This document shows, in pieces, positions 1 through 9,675 of a stretch of DNA of 64,000 nt. Where the stretch lies: NCBI GenBank assembly GCA_044507075.1, contig JBIQKA010000014.1, positions 4,388 through 68,387 of the forward strand, read 5' to 3'. The notes under the pieces were generated by a model. It was given only the letters and a program-made list of their open reading frames with translations. It made no database searches and was not told the DNA's origin. The DNA is from Myxococcales bacterium (GTDB taxonomy: Bacteria > Myxococcota_A > Polyangia > Polyangiales > DASUME01). The translations under genes were made by a program, and so were the position numbers. Numbering within the stretch: the first letter of the stretch is position 1; each line of letters starts with the position of its first letter.

Positions 1-994
1 ACAGGGCCTCGCTGCGCGTGAGGCGACGCTGGATGGCGCGCGCGAGGCGCTCCTCCAACCCCGAGAGGCGCTGCTCGGTGCGCCCGAGGAGCGCGCCCGG
101 ATGTTTGAGCTTGGCGCTCGCGCGCGCGAGCAGCAAACGCTCCTGCGCGATCCGCGTCTCGGCGCCGCGGCTGAGCCGTCGCACGCGGCTGTCGAGCTGC
201 TCCTGGAGATCTCGATGCTGAGGCACGCTGATCTCGGCGGCGTTGGAGGGCGTCGCCGCGCGCACGTCCGCCACCAGATCGGCGATGGTGGTGTCGATCT
301 CGTGACCGATGCCAGTGACCACGGGTACACGGCTTGCCGCGATCGCGCGTGCCACGTTCTCGTCGTTGAAGGCCCACAGGTCCTCCGCTCCCCCGCCGCC
401 GCGGGCGAGGATGATCACGTCGACCTCGGGCACGCGTTGCACCGCGCGCAGCGCGACCACGATGGAGCGCGGCGCCTCGCTGCCTTGCACCAGGCAAGGC
501 GAGACCACGATGCGCATCGGGAAGCGCTCCTGGGCCACGCGGATCACGTCGTGCATGGCGGCCCCTTGCTCGCTGGTGACCAGGCCGATGCAGCGGGGCA
601 AGAGCGGCAGCGCGCGCTTGCGCGCCGGGTCCAGCAAGCCTTCGGCCTTCAGCTTCTCGAGGAGCCTTCGATAATGCGCGTTGAGCACGCCCTCGCCGGC
701 GGGCAGCGCCGTGCGCGCCTGAAATTGGAACGCCCCACGCGGCTCGAACAGCGTCAGCGTGCCGCGCAGGCAGACGCGCGCGCCGTTCTCGAGCGTGGCG
801 CGGCTGCGCCGCACGTCGCTGCGGAACATCACGACCCGAAGCTGCGCGGCCTCCACTTCATCGTTGAGCGTGAAGTACAGATGGCCAGAGGCAGGTCGCG
901 AGAGATCCCCGATCTCGCCCACCACGCGCAGATCGCTCCAGGAGTGCTCGAGCTGCAGGCGCACCGCGCGGTTGAGCCCCCCGACCGTCAGCAT
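1..994 (-). CDS. xseA: exodeoxyribonuclease VII large subunit (C-terminal part runs off the window start)
   Basis: Not in the ORF track because there is no stop in the window. Manual reverse translation from ATG at 994 gives MLTVGGLNRAVRLQLEHSWSDLRVVGEIGDLSRPASGHLYFTLND..., the XseA OB-fold N-terminus. The frame stays open to position 1. Confidence 0.85.
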   Translation of the reverse strand, partial: MLTVGGLNRAVRLQLEHSWSDLRVVGEIGDLSRPASGHLYFTLNDEVEAAQLRVVMFRSDVRRSRATLENGARVCLRGTLTLFEPRGAFQFQARTALPAGEGVLNAHYRRLLEKLKAEGLLDPARKRALPLLPRCIGLVTSEQGAAMHDVIRVAQERFPMRIVVSPCLVQGSEAPRSIVVALRAVQRVPEVDVIILARGGGGAEDLWAFNDENVARAIAASRVPVVTGIGHEIDTTIADLVADVRAATPSNAAEISVPQHRDLQEQLDSRVRRLSRGAETRIAQERLLLARASAKLKHPGALLGRTEQRLSGLEERLARAIQRRLTRSEAL

Positions 995-1071
995 CTTTTC
1001 TTCGTCACGAAAGCGCACGGGCGGACAGAGCCTACTTCAGGGGACCCACGCGCGCCTCCTGCGAACGCTCC

Positions 1072-1995
1072 ATGCTGTGCTATCGCCTGCTCGTGCCCCA
1101 GGCAGTGCTCGGTCTCGGCAGCAACCTCGGCGCGCGGCGGGCGCTCCTGCGCTGCGCGAGCACGCTGCTCGCGGCTCAGCCCGGCCTCACCGTGCTCGCG
1201 CGCTCGGCGCTCTATGAGACGCCTCCGCTCGGCCCCCCACAGCCCGACTATCTCAACGCGGCCCTCCGGATCGCGTGGCGGGGCGGCCTCGAGGGGCTCT
1301 TGCGCGTTTGCCAACACGTGGAGCAACTGCTCGGCCGCGAGCGCCGCGAGCGCTGGGGCCCTCGCACGATCGACATCGATCTCTTGCACTGGTCGGAGGG
1401 CGCCGTTCACACGCCTTGGGTCGACGTACCCCACCTCGGGCTGCGCGAGCGTCCGTTCGCGCTGGCGCCGCTCCTGGACGTGCAGCCAGAGCTCGCGCGC
1501 GAGTATGGCCCGATCCTGTCGCGCCTCGGCGGCGCACCGACGCGCGCCAACCCCGGCTGGCTGGATCTCACGCGCGCTCCCACGAGGGATGATGGCTTGA
1601 CGCCGGCCGACGATTCGCCGCGCAGCCAGGTGCTCTGCTCTGCCACTGTGCCCACCGAGACGCCACAGGACGAACTCGCCTGCCTGGCCGTGAGTGCAGT
1701 GGGCGCGTGTGCGCGAGCGCCTCGCCCGGCACGCGCGAGCCTCTTCTTTGCCAGCTCCGAGCCACCGCTCAGAGATGGCACGAGCTTTCTCGTGGCCCGC
1801 GTCGCGGCGCTCGCGAAGCTCGGCTTTTGCGCGTGCGACGCGGCAATTACCGGCACAGACGAGGGCGGCACCCGCGGCTATGTGATCGGAGAACACCGCG
1901 CAGCACACGACGCGTGGGTCCTGCCGCGCGTGCTCGTTCAGCCCGCGAATGGGCTAACACGGACCCTGTGGGCTTTCGCCCCGACGGAGCCATGA
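1072..1995 (+). CDS. folK: 2-amino-4-hydroxy-6-hydroxymethyldihydropteridine pyrophosphokinase (HPPK) with ~145 aa C-terminal extension
   Basis: AVLGLGSNLG...LYETPPLGPPQPDYLNA...RWGPRTIDIDLL are HPPK signature blocks. The ORF continues about 145 aa beyond a normal HPPK. The start could instead be the GTG at 1093. Confidence 0.85.
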   Translation: MLCYRLLVPQAVLGLGSNLGARRALLRCASTLLAAQPGLTVLARSALYETPPLGPPQPDYLNAALRIAWRGGLEGLLRVCQHVEQLLGRERRERWGPRTIDIDLLHWSEGAVHTPWVDVPHLGLRERPFALAPLLDVQPELAREYGPILSRLGGAPTRANPGWLDLTRAPTRDDGLTPADDSPRSQVLCSATVPTETPQDELACLAVSAVGACARAPRPARASLFFASSEPPLRDGTSFLVARVAALAKLGFCACDAAITGTDEGGTRGYVIGEHRAAHDAWVLPRVLVQPANGLTRTLWAFAPTEP

Positions 1996-2084
1996 GATTC
2001 TGGTTTTGATTCAAAAAGATCCGTTACGATACGTGGGCTTGGCTCGCGGAGGACGCGGGGCAGGCAAGCTTCGGAGGAACCCGA

Positions 2085-3974
2085 ATGTCCGACACGCGCA
2101 AAGACAAGCGCGCACCTGTATCCCTCAAGGTCCGCTTCAAGAGTGCGACTGTTGACGAGTTCATCGAGCACTACTGCAAGGATGTCTCGCGCGGCGGAAT
2201 CTTCATCAAGTCGAGCCAACCGATGCCGGTGGGGACGCTGCTGAAGTTCCAGTTTCAGCTCAAGGACGAGTCTCAGCTGATCAAGGGCGTGGGCCGCGTA
2301 GTGTGGACGCGCAACGAAGATCGCGCCGGGCCCGATCGCCCGGCGGGCATGGGCATCAAGTTCATCAAGATGGACAACGAGAGTCGCGTGATGGTCGATC
2401 GCATCATCGCGGCTTCGGAGGGCTCTGCCGGCGCGTTCGAGGAAGGTCGCGAGACCGACGTGGCCGACAGCGTCACGCCTCCGCCTCCGTCCAACAACGA
2501 CTCGGGTTTCTTCCCGGACGTGGGGCCCGCGGAGTTGCCGCCGCCCGAGGATCGCACCGCGGTCCGCGAGGCGGCCGGCTTCTTGGCGCAGGCCTTCTCC
2601 GAGGTGGCCGACGAGGCCGCGGCCAAGGAGGCGGAGCAAAAGGCCGAAGAAGCCCGCGCCCGCCAGCAACAGATCGAGGCCCAGCGCCTGGCCGAGGCCG
2701 AACAGCAGCGCAAGGGCTCCGGTGACCCGCTGCCCTCGATGATCATCGATCCAGGGCTCAACGGACCGCCCAAGGCGCCCGCTGCCGAACCGGCTGACGC
2801 GGGCGAGGCGCCGGCAAGTGCGCTGCCGAAGCCCTCTCCCCTGCCCCCTCCGCCCAAGGTTCCGGAGCCTGTTGCCGCCCCGAAGCCGGCAGCTCCCGCA
2901 CCCGCTGCGGTGCCCGCTCCACAGGCCGTGGGCCCTGGCGCGGACTCCGGCTCCTCGCTGTCCCGGCCCCCGGCGGAGAAGAAGAGCCCGGTGCTCCCCA
3001 TCCTCGCGATCGTCGCGGTGCTCGCGGTCGCGGGCTTCGTGGCCATGCGCGGCGGCCCCCAGGCGGCCAACGAGCCCACGCCGGCCAGCGCCGTGGAGGC
3101 GTCCCCGGACACCCCCGCGCCGAGCGAGCCCTCTGCAGCCGCTCCCGCCCCCGAGGAGCAGGCGGCCCAGCCCAGCGCGCCCGAAGAGCCCGAGGAGCCG
3201 GCGGCACCCGAGGAGCCCGTCGAAACCGTCGCGATCCGCGTGTCGACGCAGCCCCCAGGGGCGGAGGTCTCCGTGGGGGGCGTGGTCAAGGGCGCATCGC
3301 CCGTGGTGCTGGACCTGGCCAAGGGAACCCCGACGACCATCGGCGTGAGCATGGCAGGGTACGCTTCGAACTCCGAGGAGATCACGCCGGAGAACGCGAA
3401 GACCGTGCGCTTCGCGCTCAAGGTGCTGCCCTTCGTCTTGCACGTGGAGACCACGCCGCCTGGCGCCACCGTGATCGTCTCGGGCAAGCGCGGCGTCGCG
3501 CCCGTGGACCTCACCTGGACCTCGCCACCCAAGACCGCCCTCAAGGCGACCGCCAAGCTCGCGGGTCATCAGAACGCCGAGGCCCAGGTGGCGCTCGAGT
3601 CTTTCTCGCAAGGTGAAGACGCCATGCGCGCGACCGTTCGCCTCACCCTCGAGCCGAACCCGGAGAAGCCGGTCGCCGCCCCGGCGACGACGGCCCCGGT
3701 CGCGGCCAAGCCCAAGGCACCCGTCGTCAAGTTGAAGACGGACGAGGACTCCGCGCCGAGCGAGGAGAGCGCCCCCGCGGCAGCGAAGCCCGCCGAACCC
3801 AAGCCTGAGCCGGCCCCGGCGCCCAAGGCCGAAGAGCCCAAGGCAGAGCCCAAGCCCGAAGCGCCCAAGGCCGAAGCGCCCAAGGCCGAAGAGCCCAAGG
3901 CAGAGCCCAAGCCCGAAGCGCCCAAGGCAGAGCCCAAGCCCGCCGAGCCGCTGCCCGACAACCCCTTCGGTTGA
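2085..3974 (+). CDS. PilZ domain (TIGR02266-type) / PEGA domain membrane protein with Pro/Ala/Glu/Lys-rich repeats
   Basis: N-terminus MSDTRKDKRAPVSLKVRFKSATVDEFIEHYCKDVSRGGIFIKS...GMGIKF. One TM segment (VLPILAIVAVLAVAGFVAM). Two PEGA-like modules (PPGAEVSVGGVVKGASPVVLDL; PPGATVIVSGKRGVAPVDL). KAEPKPEAP repeats at the C-terminus. Confidence 0.85.
   Translation: MSDTRKDKRAPVSLKVRFKSATVDEFIEHYCKDVSRGGIFIKSSQPMPVGTLLKFQFQLKDESQLIKGVGRVVWTRNEDRAGPDRPAGMGIKFIKMDNESRVMVDRIIAASEGSAGAFEEGRETDVADSVTPPPPSNNDSGFFPDVGPAELPPPEDRTAVREAAGFLAQAFSEVADEAAAKEAEQKAEEARARQQQIEAQRLAEAEQQRKGSGDPLPSMIIDPGLNGPPKAPAAEPADAGEAPASALPKPSPLPPPPKVPEPVAAPKPAAPAPAAVPAPQAVGPGADSGSSLSRPPAEKKSPVLPILAIVAVLAVAGFVAMRGGPQAANEPTPASAVEASPDTPAPSEPSAAAPAPEEQAAQPSAPEEPEEPAAPEEPVETVAIRVSTQPPGAEVSVGGVVKGASPVVLDLAKGTPTTIGVSMAGYASNSEEITPENAKTVRFALKVLPFVLHVETTPPGATVIVSGKRGVAPVDLTWTSPPKTALKATAKLAGHQNAEAQVALESFSQGEDAMRATVRLTLEPNPEKPVAAPATTAPVAAKPKAPVVKLKTDEDSAPSEESAPAAAKPAEPKPEPAPAPKAEEPKAEPKPEAPKAEAPKAEEPKAEPKPEAPKAEPKPAEPLPDNPFG
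3821..3934 (+). repeat. 57-nt tandem duplication inside the PilZ/PEGA gene (19-aa unit APKAEEPKAEPKPEAPKAE)
   Basis: The 50-nt string gcccaaggccgaagagcccaaggcagagcccaagcccgaagcgcccaagg occurs identically at 3821 and 3878, in frame. Confidence 0.9.
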
Positions 3975-3999
3975 ACGCGGTTTCAACGTGTCCCGCAAG

Positions 4000-4024
4000 A
4001 CGCCCGCCCTCGCGCGGGCGTTTT
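4000..4024. terminator. intrinsic-terminator-like hairpin between convergent genes
   Basis: ACGCCCGC-cctcgc-GCGGGCGT (8-bp GC stem) followed by TTTT. It lies between the PilZ-gene stop (3974) and the rhomboid stop (4048). Confidence 0.6.
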
Positions 4025-4047
4025 GCCTTGGGAGAAACGCGCTCGGT

Positions 4048-4746
4048 TCAGCGACGCTTGAGCGCGCGCGTGGACACGCGCGGCCCAAGGTAGGGTGCAG
4101 GTCGTCGGTTCCGCGCGCCCGACAAGAGCACGTAGCCGACCCCCGCCAAAAAGCCGCCCACGTGCGCAAAGAAAGCGACGCCGGCACGGCTCGGCGCCGC
4201 GAGCGCGCCGAAGCCCGAGAACACCTGAATCACGAACCAGACCAAGATGAAGAAGAAGGCGGGCACCTCGAACAAGAACAGGATCACCAAGGTGACCACG
4301 CGCGCGCGGGGGAACATCACGATGTAGGCACCGAGCACGCCCGAGACGGCCCCGGAAGCCCCCACCAGCGGCACCTGGCTCGAGGGATCGATGAGCCCGT
4401 GGGCGATCGCGGAGACGACGCCGGTCAACAGGTAGAACACGAGATAGCGGGTGTGTCCGAGGATGTCTTCGACGTTGTCCCCGAACACGTGCAGAAACCA
4501 CATGTTCGAGGCGAGATGCCCGAGTCCGCCGTGCATGAACATGCTGGTGAACGGGGTGGAGAGGCTGGGGCCGTAACCCGAGAAGAGATAGTCGGGGATG
4601 ACCGCGTGCTGGAGCACGAAGCGCTGCCCCTGCGCCGCGGTGAGCACCAGGAACTGGTAGACGAACACCGCGAGATTGGCCGCGATCAACAGGTAGGTCA
4701 CGAACGGGGCGTGTCGTGTGGGGTTGATGTCGCGCAGCGGGATCAC
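4048..4746 (-). CDS. rhomboid family intramembrane serine protease
   Basis: Multi-TM protein. Contains HGGLGHLASNMWFL (H..xxN), the catalytic GASGAVSGVLGAY (GxSG) and the distal AHVGGFLAG histidine. Confidence 0.85.
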   Translation of the reverse strand: MIPLRDINPTRHAPFVTYLLIAANLAVFVYQFLVLTAAQGQRFVLQHAVIPDYLFSGYGPSLSTPFTSMFMHGGLGHLASNMWFLHVFGDNVEDILGHTRYLVFYLLTGVVSAIAHGLIDPSSQVPLVGASGAVSGVLGAYIVMFPRARVVTLVILFLFEVPAFFFILVWFVIQVFSGFGALAAPSRAGVAFFAHVGGFLAGVGYVLLSGARNRRPAPYLGPRVSTRALKRR

Positions 4747-4830
4747 GCCGTGGACGTATCACAGACAGCGGAACAGCGCAGGGACGCAATCATCCCCAGA
4801 CCGGGTATTTGGTGCTAGACCGCGACGATC

Positions 4831-6753
4831 ATGCGAGCCGTCGATTTGCTCGGCCCCGAGGGCCCACTGGCGCGAGCCATCGAGGGCTACGAGCATCGGC
4901 CGCAGCAGCTCGCGATGGCCGAGATCGTCGAGCGCGCGCTCGCGGAGCGCGGGATCGCGATGGTCGAGGCGGGCACCGGCACCGGTAAGACCATGGCTTA
5001 CCTGGTGCCCGCGCTCCTGTCGGGCCGGAAGGTCGTGATCTCCACCGGCACCAAGACCCTTCAGGATCAGATCATGCAGCGGGACTTGCCGCTGCTCGAG
5101 AGCTACTTGGGCGTACCGGTCTCCGCGGTGCTCATGAAGGGGCTGAACAACTATCTGTGCCTGCGCCGCTACGAAGAGTTCGTGCACAGCCCGGACGCAG
5201 ACCTTCCACAGTTCGCGAGGCACTTGCCGCTGTTGCGCGCGTTTCGCGCGGGGACCCACAGCGGGGAGCGCTCCGACCTGAGCGCGGTGCCCGAGGACGC
5301 GCCGATCTGGAGCCAGGTCCAGAGCAGCTCCGAGACGCGCATCGGCGCGCGCTGCAGCCACCACGAACGTTGCTTCGTCACCAAGATGCGCCGCGCGGCC
5401 GAGGAAGCGCAGCTCGTGGTCGTCAACCATCACCTGTTCTTCGCGGACCTCGCGCTGCGCGACGCGCCGCAGGGCGGCGGCGCGCTGCCCGACTACGACG
5501 CGGTGATCTTCGACGAAGCCCACCAGATCGAGGACGTGGTCACGGAGTTCTTCGGCGTGCGCCTGAGCACCGCCCGGATCGAGACGTTGGTGCGCGACGC
5601 CGAGCGCGCCTTCCGCGCGGCCAAGGTGTTCGAAGCGAATCAAGATCTCGGGCCCGGAGTGCTCACGGCCGCCAGCCTGTTCTTCAGCAGCTTGCCGCGC
5701 GGGCGCGAGTCGGAGACCGGCCGACGCAGCTTGCCGCAACATGCGCTCGAGGCCTCCACGCGCGAGCACGTGTTTCGCCTGGATGGGGCGCTCGAGGCGC
5801 TCGAGTCCGCGGCCAAGCTTTCCGCGCCGGCGGCCGAGGCCATCGCGCAGGTGGCGCGTCGCACGCGGCGGGCCCGGGACGACTTGAACCTCATCTTCGA
5901 GGGCAAACAACGCCACGTGACCTGGGCCGAGACGCGCGGCCGCAGCGTGTCCATCGGGGCGAGCCCGGTGGAGGTGGGAGATCTCCTGCGGGAGCGCATC
6001 TTCGAGCGCGGCGGCGCCGCCGTGCTCACCAGCGCCACCTTGAGCACCGCCGGCGACTTCAGCTTCGTGAAGCGGCGCATCGGCATCGACTTCGAGATCG
6101 ACGAGCTGAGCCTCTCGTCCCCGTTCGACTACGCAAACCAAGCCGCCCTCTACATCCCGCGCGACGTGCCCGACCCACGCGACGCGCGCTACGTGGAGGC
6201 CGCCCGCAAGGAGATCCTGGATCTGATCGAGATCACGGGCGGGGGCGCGTTCGTGTTGTGCACGTCGCTGCGCATGATGCGCGAGCTCCACGCGGCCTGC
6301 GCGCCCGAGCTGCGTCGAGCCCCGCTGATGCAGGGCATGGCGCCCAAGGGGGAGCTGCTCGAGGCCTTCAAGGCCCAGGGGGACGGCGTGCTGTTCGCGA
6401 GCGCGAGCTTCTGGGAAGGGGTGGACGTCCCCGGCTCGGCGTTGCGTCTGGTCGTGATCGACAAGCTGCCCTTCGACGTGCCCAGCGATCCGCTGGTCGA
6501 GGCCCGCTGCAAGCGCATGGAGGAGCGCGGAGAGAACGCGTTCATGGGCTACCTCGTGCCCCAAGCGGCGCTCTCGTTGAAGCAGGGCTTCGGGCGCCTG
6601 ATCCGCACCCAGACCGACCGCGGCGTCGTGGCCGTGCTCGATCGTCGCCTCTCCACGAAGGGCTATGGGCGCGTCTTCTTGAAGAGCCTGCCCGAGGCGA
6701 GCCGCTGCTACTCGCTCGGCGAAGTGCGCGCCTTCTGGGAGGAGCCCACGTGA
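4831..6753 (+). CDS. dinG: ATP-dependent DNA helicase, DinG/Rad3-like
   Basis: Walker A AGTGTGKT, DEAH box VIFDEAHQIED, and C-terminal helicase motifs (SASFWEGVDVPG, GRLIRTQTDRGVVAVLD). Confidence 0.8.
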   Translation: MRAVDLLGPEGPLARAIEGYEHRPQQLAMAEIVERALAERGIAMVEAGTGTGKTMAYLVPALLSGRKVVISTGTKTLQDQIMQRDLPLLESYLGVPVSAVLMKGLNNYLCLRRYEEFVHSPDADLPQFARHLPLLRAFRAGTHSGERSDLSAVPEDAPIWSQVQSSSETRIGARCSHHERCFVTKMRRAAEEAQLVVVNHHLFFADLALRDAPQGGGALPDYDAVIFDEAHQIEDVVTEFFGVRLSTARIETLVRDAERAFRAAKVFEANQDLGPGVLTAASLFFSSLPRGRESETGRRSLPQHALEASTREHVFRLDGALEALESAAKLSAPAAEAIAQVARRTRRARDDLNLIFEGKQRHVTWAETRGRSVSIGASPVEVGDLLRERIFERGGAAVLTSATLSTAGDFSFVKRRIGIDFEIDELSLSSPFDYANQAALYIPRDVPDPRDARYVEAARKEILDLIEITGGGAFVLCTSLRMMRELHAACAPELRRAPLMQGMAPKGELLEAFKAQGDGVLFASASFWEGVDVPGSALRLVVIDKLPFDVPSDPLVEARCKRMEERGENAFMGYLVPQAALSLKQGFGRLIRTQTDRGVVAVLDRRLSTKGYGRVFLKSLPEASRCYSLGEVRAFWEEPT

Positions 6754-7586
6754 GCTCCCTCTTCGTCGCAGCCCCGCTGCTGCTCACACGGCTCGTATGG
6801 GGGCTCTCCCTCAGCGCGCTGATCGCGCTGTTCGCGCTGCGCCGCAAGTCGCTCTCCCCAAGCGGCGCATGGGGCGCGGTCTGTGTGGGCACGCTCATTT
6901 ACCTGGGCGGCGGGGGCGGTTGGTTTGGGGTGCTCGTGACCTTCTTCGCCACCTCCACCCTGCTCGGCAAGGTGGGCAAGCAGCAGAAGAGCGCGATCAA
7001 GCGCGCGTTCGAGAAGGACGATACGCGCGATCTTTCACAGGTGTTCTCCAACGGCGGCGTGGCGGCGCTCTGCGCGCTCTTCGCCTTGCTCTCCGGGGGC
7101 GGCCCGACCTGGTCGGGCGCGTTCGTGGCCGCGCTCGCCACCGCGAACGGCGATACCTGGGCGACAGAGCTCGGCGTGCTCTCGCGCGGGGAACCGTTTT
7201 CGTTGTTTACCTTGCGCCGCGTGCCCCGTGGCACCTCGGGGGCAGTGTCGCCCCTGGGGCTACTCGCGACCCTGCTCGGTGGGCTCGTCGTCGGACTTGC
7301 GGCGGCCCTGAACGCCCCCGCCTTCTCGCACGACGCCCCGACGCTGATCGCTGTGGGCGCGCTCTCGGGCCTGCTCGGGTCGCTCGTGGACAGCGCGCTC
7401 GGGGCCAGCATACAGAGCGGATTTCGCTGCGATACGTGCGGGCGCGACGCGGAGAGCCGAACACACGCGTGCGGTCGTCGCACACGTCATGTGCGCGGTT
7501 TCCTCTGGTTCAACAACGACGTAGTGAACTTGGCCGCCACCGGGACCGCGGCCCTCGCGAGCTGGTCCTTCTTTGCGCTGAGGTGA
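6749..7586 (+). CDS. DUF92 (TMEM19-like) integral membrane protein
   Basis: The GTG start overlaps the dinG stop (GTGA). Polytopic membrane protein with FSNGGVAALCA, ANGDTWATELG, TSGAVSPLG and NNDVVNLAAT blocks typical of DUF92. Confidence 0.65.
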
Positions 7587-7654
7587 ACCAGCCCGCGCGG
7601 GCGCCCGTCAGTGCATGACCTATCGGGCTTGCTAGATTGTAGGTAGGTCTGTCG

Positions 7655-8662
7655 ATGAAGTGGGTCCCAAAGCTCCGTAAGGTCAAGCCGGTGCCGCTCT
7701 CGGCGGCGGCTCTGTCCTTACTCTTGTCCGGCTACTTCGTGAGCGCGGGCTTCGGGCACCTGAATACCACGCCCCTGCAAGCGGAGGACGAAGCTCCCAA
7801 ACAGCCCACGAAGGCCGTCGAAAGCACGCCGCGGGCGAGCACGGAGCAGATCGCGCGGGCGATCCTGGAGCGCAACATCTTCGACTCCACCGTCGGCAGC
7901 ATGGCCTGGGAAGATCGGCCAACACACACCGAGGAGCCGAGCGAGGACACTGAAGAAGAGGACGACGAGAGCGACGAGCTCACCGAGGCGCCCCTCGCAG
8001 ACTGCACGGGCGACCTACGACTCCTCGCATCCGTCGTGCCCAAGGATCCGATGCGCGGGGTGGCCGTCATCCGCCGTGGGTCGGCGCCATCGGTGCAGAT
8101 CCTGGTCGGCACCACCGTGGAGAACGTCACGCTCCTCCTGCTCGCGCCGACGCACGCATACATTCGCGACGGCGACAAACCCGTGTGCCGGCTGCCGCTC
8201 TTCCCTGCCGTTTCGTCGTCCGCCCCTCCCCCGCCCGTGGCGAGCGAGCCGCCGCCGAAGAAACCCCCCCGGCGCAGCAAGAAGGCGCCGCTCTTCTCCG
8301 AGGAGGATCACGCCGCGGGCATCCAGGAGATCGGCCCGGATACGTACCGCGTGAGCCGCGACATGATCACGCGCGGCATGGCCGACGCGGCGGGCGTGGT
8401 GCGCGGGACCAAATTTCACCCCCAAACCGGCCCAGGAGGCGAGCGCAACGCGGGCGTCAAACTGCAGGGCGTGACCCCAAGCTCCACGCTGAGCAAGCTG
8501 GGCATGCGCGAAGGGGACGTCCTGCGCACCCTCAACGGCCTGAACCTCTCGACCCCCGATGGCATGCTCGGCGCGTATCAGCTCTTGCGCGAGCAGAAGA
8601 AGGTCACGCTCTCGGTGCTGCGCGATGGCCGCCCCAAGACCCTGACCTATCACTTCGAATGA
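7655..8662 (+). CDS. PDZ domain protein, GspC-like (N-terminal TM anchor, acidic linker, C-terminal PDZ)
   Basis: TM segment AAALSLLLSGYFVSAGF. C-terminal GVKLQGVTPSSTLSKLGMREGDVLRTLNGLNL is PDZ-like. No other gsp genes are nearby. Confidence 0.5.
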   Translation: MKWVPKLRKVKPVPLSAAALSLLLSGYFVSAGFGHLNTTPLQAEDEAPKQPTKAVESTPRASTEQIARAILERNIFDSTVGSMAWEDRPTHTEEPSEDTEEEDDESDELTEAPLADCTGDLRLLASVVPKDPMRGVAVIRRGSAPSVQILVGTTVENVTLLLLAPTHAYIRDGDKPVCRLPLFPAVSSSAPPPPVASEPPPKKPPRRSKKAPLFSEEDHAAGIQEIGPDTYRVSRDMITRGMADAAGVVRGTKFHPQTGPGGERNAGVKLQGVTPSSTLSKLGMREGDVLRTLNGLNLSTPDGMLGAYQLLREQKKVTLSVLRDGRPKTLTYHFE

Positions 8663-8716
8663 GCCGCGGGGCCCCGCGCCTCGCCCTTGCGACGCGCCTC
8701 GCGTTTGGTGGCTCGC

Positions 8717-8965
8717 TCAGCGCGGAGGGCGAAGGTCGGCGGGCAGCCCGTTCGTGGGCGGACGCTCGAGCGCAGGCCGCAGAGAGGACTTGCCCTCGAC
8801 AGGAGGTGGGCCCGCGTCGGCGCCGGCATCGGGGTCTTGACGCGAGGACTTCTCGTCCGAGCAAGCACCGGCGAACGACGAAAGGGCCAGCGCGCAGAGC
8901 GCGACCAGGACGCGCCGTTTGGCGCGCGAGGAGCTCCAGAAGGAGCGCGGGGAAGGTGTGCTCAT
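8717..8965 (-). CDS. small lipoprotein, unknown function
   Basis: ATG at 8965 is preceded by GGAGAGG. Signal peptide plus lipobox RRVLVALCALALSSFAGAC. Pro/Asp-rich mature part. Confidence 0.5.
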   Translation of the reverse strand: MSTPSPRSFWSSSRAKRRVLVALCALALSSFAGACSDEKSSRQDPDAGADAGPPPVEGKSSLRPALERPPTNGLPADLRPPR

Positions 8966-8982
8966 GGCCTCTCCTTCCCTGC

Positions 8983-9675
8983 TCAGTACTTGACCCAGAT
9001 CTCGGCCCCTGCCGTGATCGCGGTGAGCGGCGTAACCCCCTCCTCCGCGGCGATCTGGGCCTGCGTGGTCTCGTTCGAGCTGTAGGCGCTGTCGCCCACC
9101 CACACGATCTGCGCGTCATCGAAGACGCTGAGGTCGGTGAGGTCCTTGGGCGCCACGAGCTTGTTCCAGCCGAGCTTGCGGGCCGGCATGACCGTCACGT
9201 GCGGCGCCTCCTCGGCCTCGGCCGGCATGTTGGTCGGCGTGAGCGTCCAGTGCGACGGCTCCGTGTCCACGCCCTCCGCCGTGCGGCAGTACTGCACGGT
9301 GGGGAAGTACAGGGTCTCGAAGGGCGTCTCCGGCACCTTGATCCGGATCTTGAGCTCGTAGAATTGGTCGTCGCCGGGCCGATAGTCCTCCTTGGTGAAC
9401 ACCACGGAGGTGGGCACGCCGGCTTCGTTGGTCTTCACGTCCGCGTAGCCGAAAAAGTTCGGCAGGCCACGCGCCGACGTGACCTCGGCCGGCAGCGTGA
9501 TCTCGACCTTCACCGTGTCCGAGCCCGCACAGCCATGACCCACGTTGAAAGTGAGGATTTGGTTGCTGCCCGCGAACGCGGGGCCAGGGATCGAGACATG
9601 GGCGAGCGCGCTCGCGCTCGAGAACAGGACGGCCGCTGCGGCAACCGAGCTAGCCAGACCAAGCTTCTGGGACAT
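8983..9675 (-). CDS. YcnI family (DUF1775) periplasmic copper-binding protein
   Basis: Signal peptide ends ...SASALA. The mature N-terminus HVSIPGPAFAGSNQILTFNVGHGCAGSDTVKVEITLP matches the DUF1775 pattern (N-terminal His, HGC.GS.T). Confidence 0.65.
   Translation of the reverse strand: MSQKLGLASSVAAAAVLFSSASALAHVSIPGPAFAGSNQILTFNVGHGCAGSDTVKVEITLPAEVTSARGLPNFFGYADVKTNEAGVPTSVVFTKEDYRPGDDQFYELKIRIKVPETPFETLYFPTVQYCRTAEGVDTEPSHWTLTPTNMPAEAEEAPHVTVMPARKLGWNKLVAPKDLTDLSVFDDAQIVWVGDSAYSSNETTQAQIAAEEGVTPLTAITAGAEIWVKY

Noticed and set aside
101-1600. 499-aa ORF on the + strand spanning the xseA and folK regions
   Set aside because: It is antisense to a clearly recognisable xseA frame and out of frame with folK. 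Its Arg/Ala/Gly/His-rich composition is typical of shadow ORFs in high-GC DNA.
1938-4187. 749-aa ORF on the - strand
   Set aside because: It is antisense to the PilZ/PEGA gene. It is a Gly/Arg/Leu low-complexity translation with no motifs.
4759-6564. 601-aa minus-strand ORF, and the 5' two thirds of the 5157-7586 plus-strand ORF
   Set aside because: Both overlap the DinG-like helicase frame, which carries Walker A and DEAH motifs. Only the last 279 codons of 5157-7586 (from the GTG at 6749) look like a real DUF92 membrane protein.
7655-8662. A type II secretion gene cluster around the GspC-like PDZ protein
   Set aside because: No gspD/E/F/G-like genes are within reach. I treat it as a stand-alone PDZ membrane protein.
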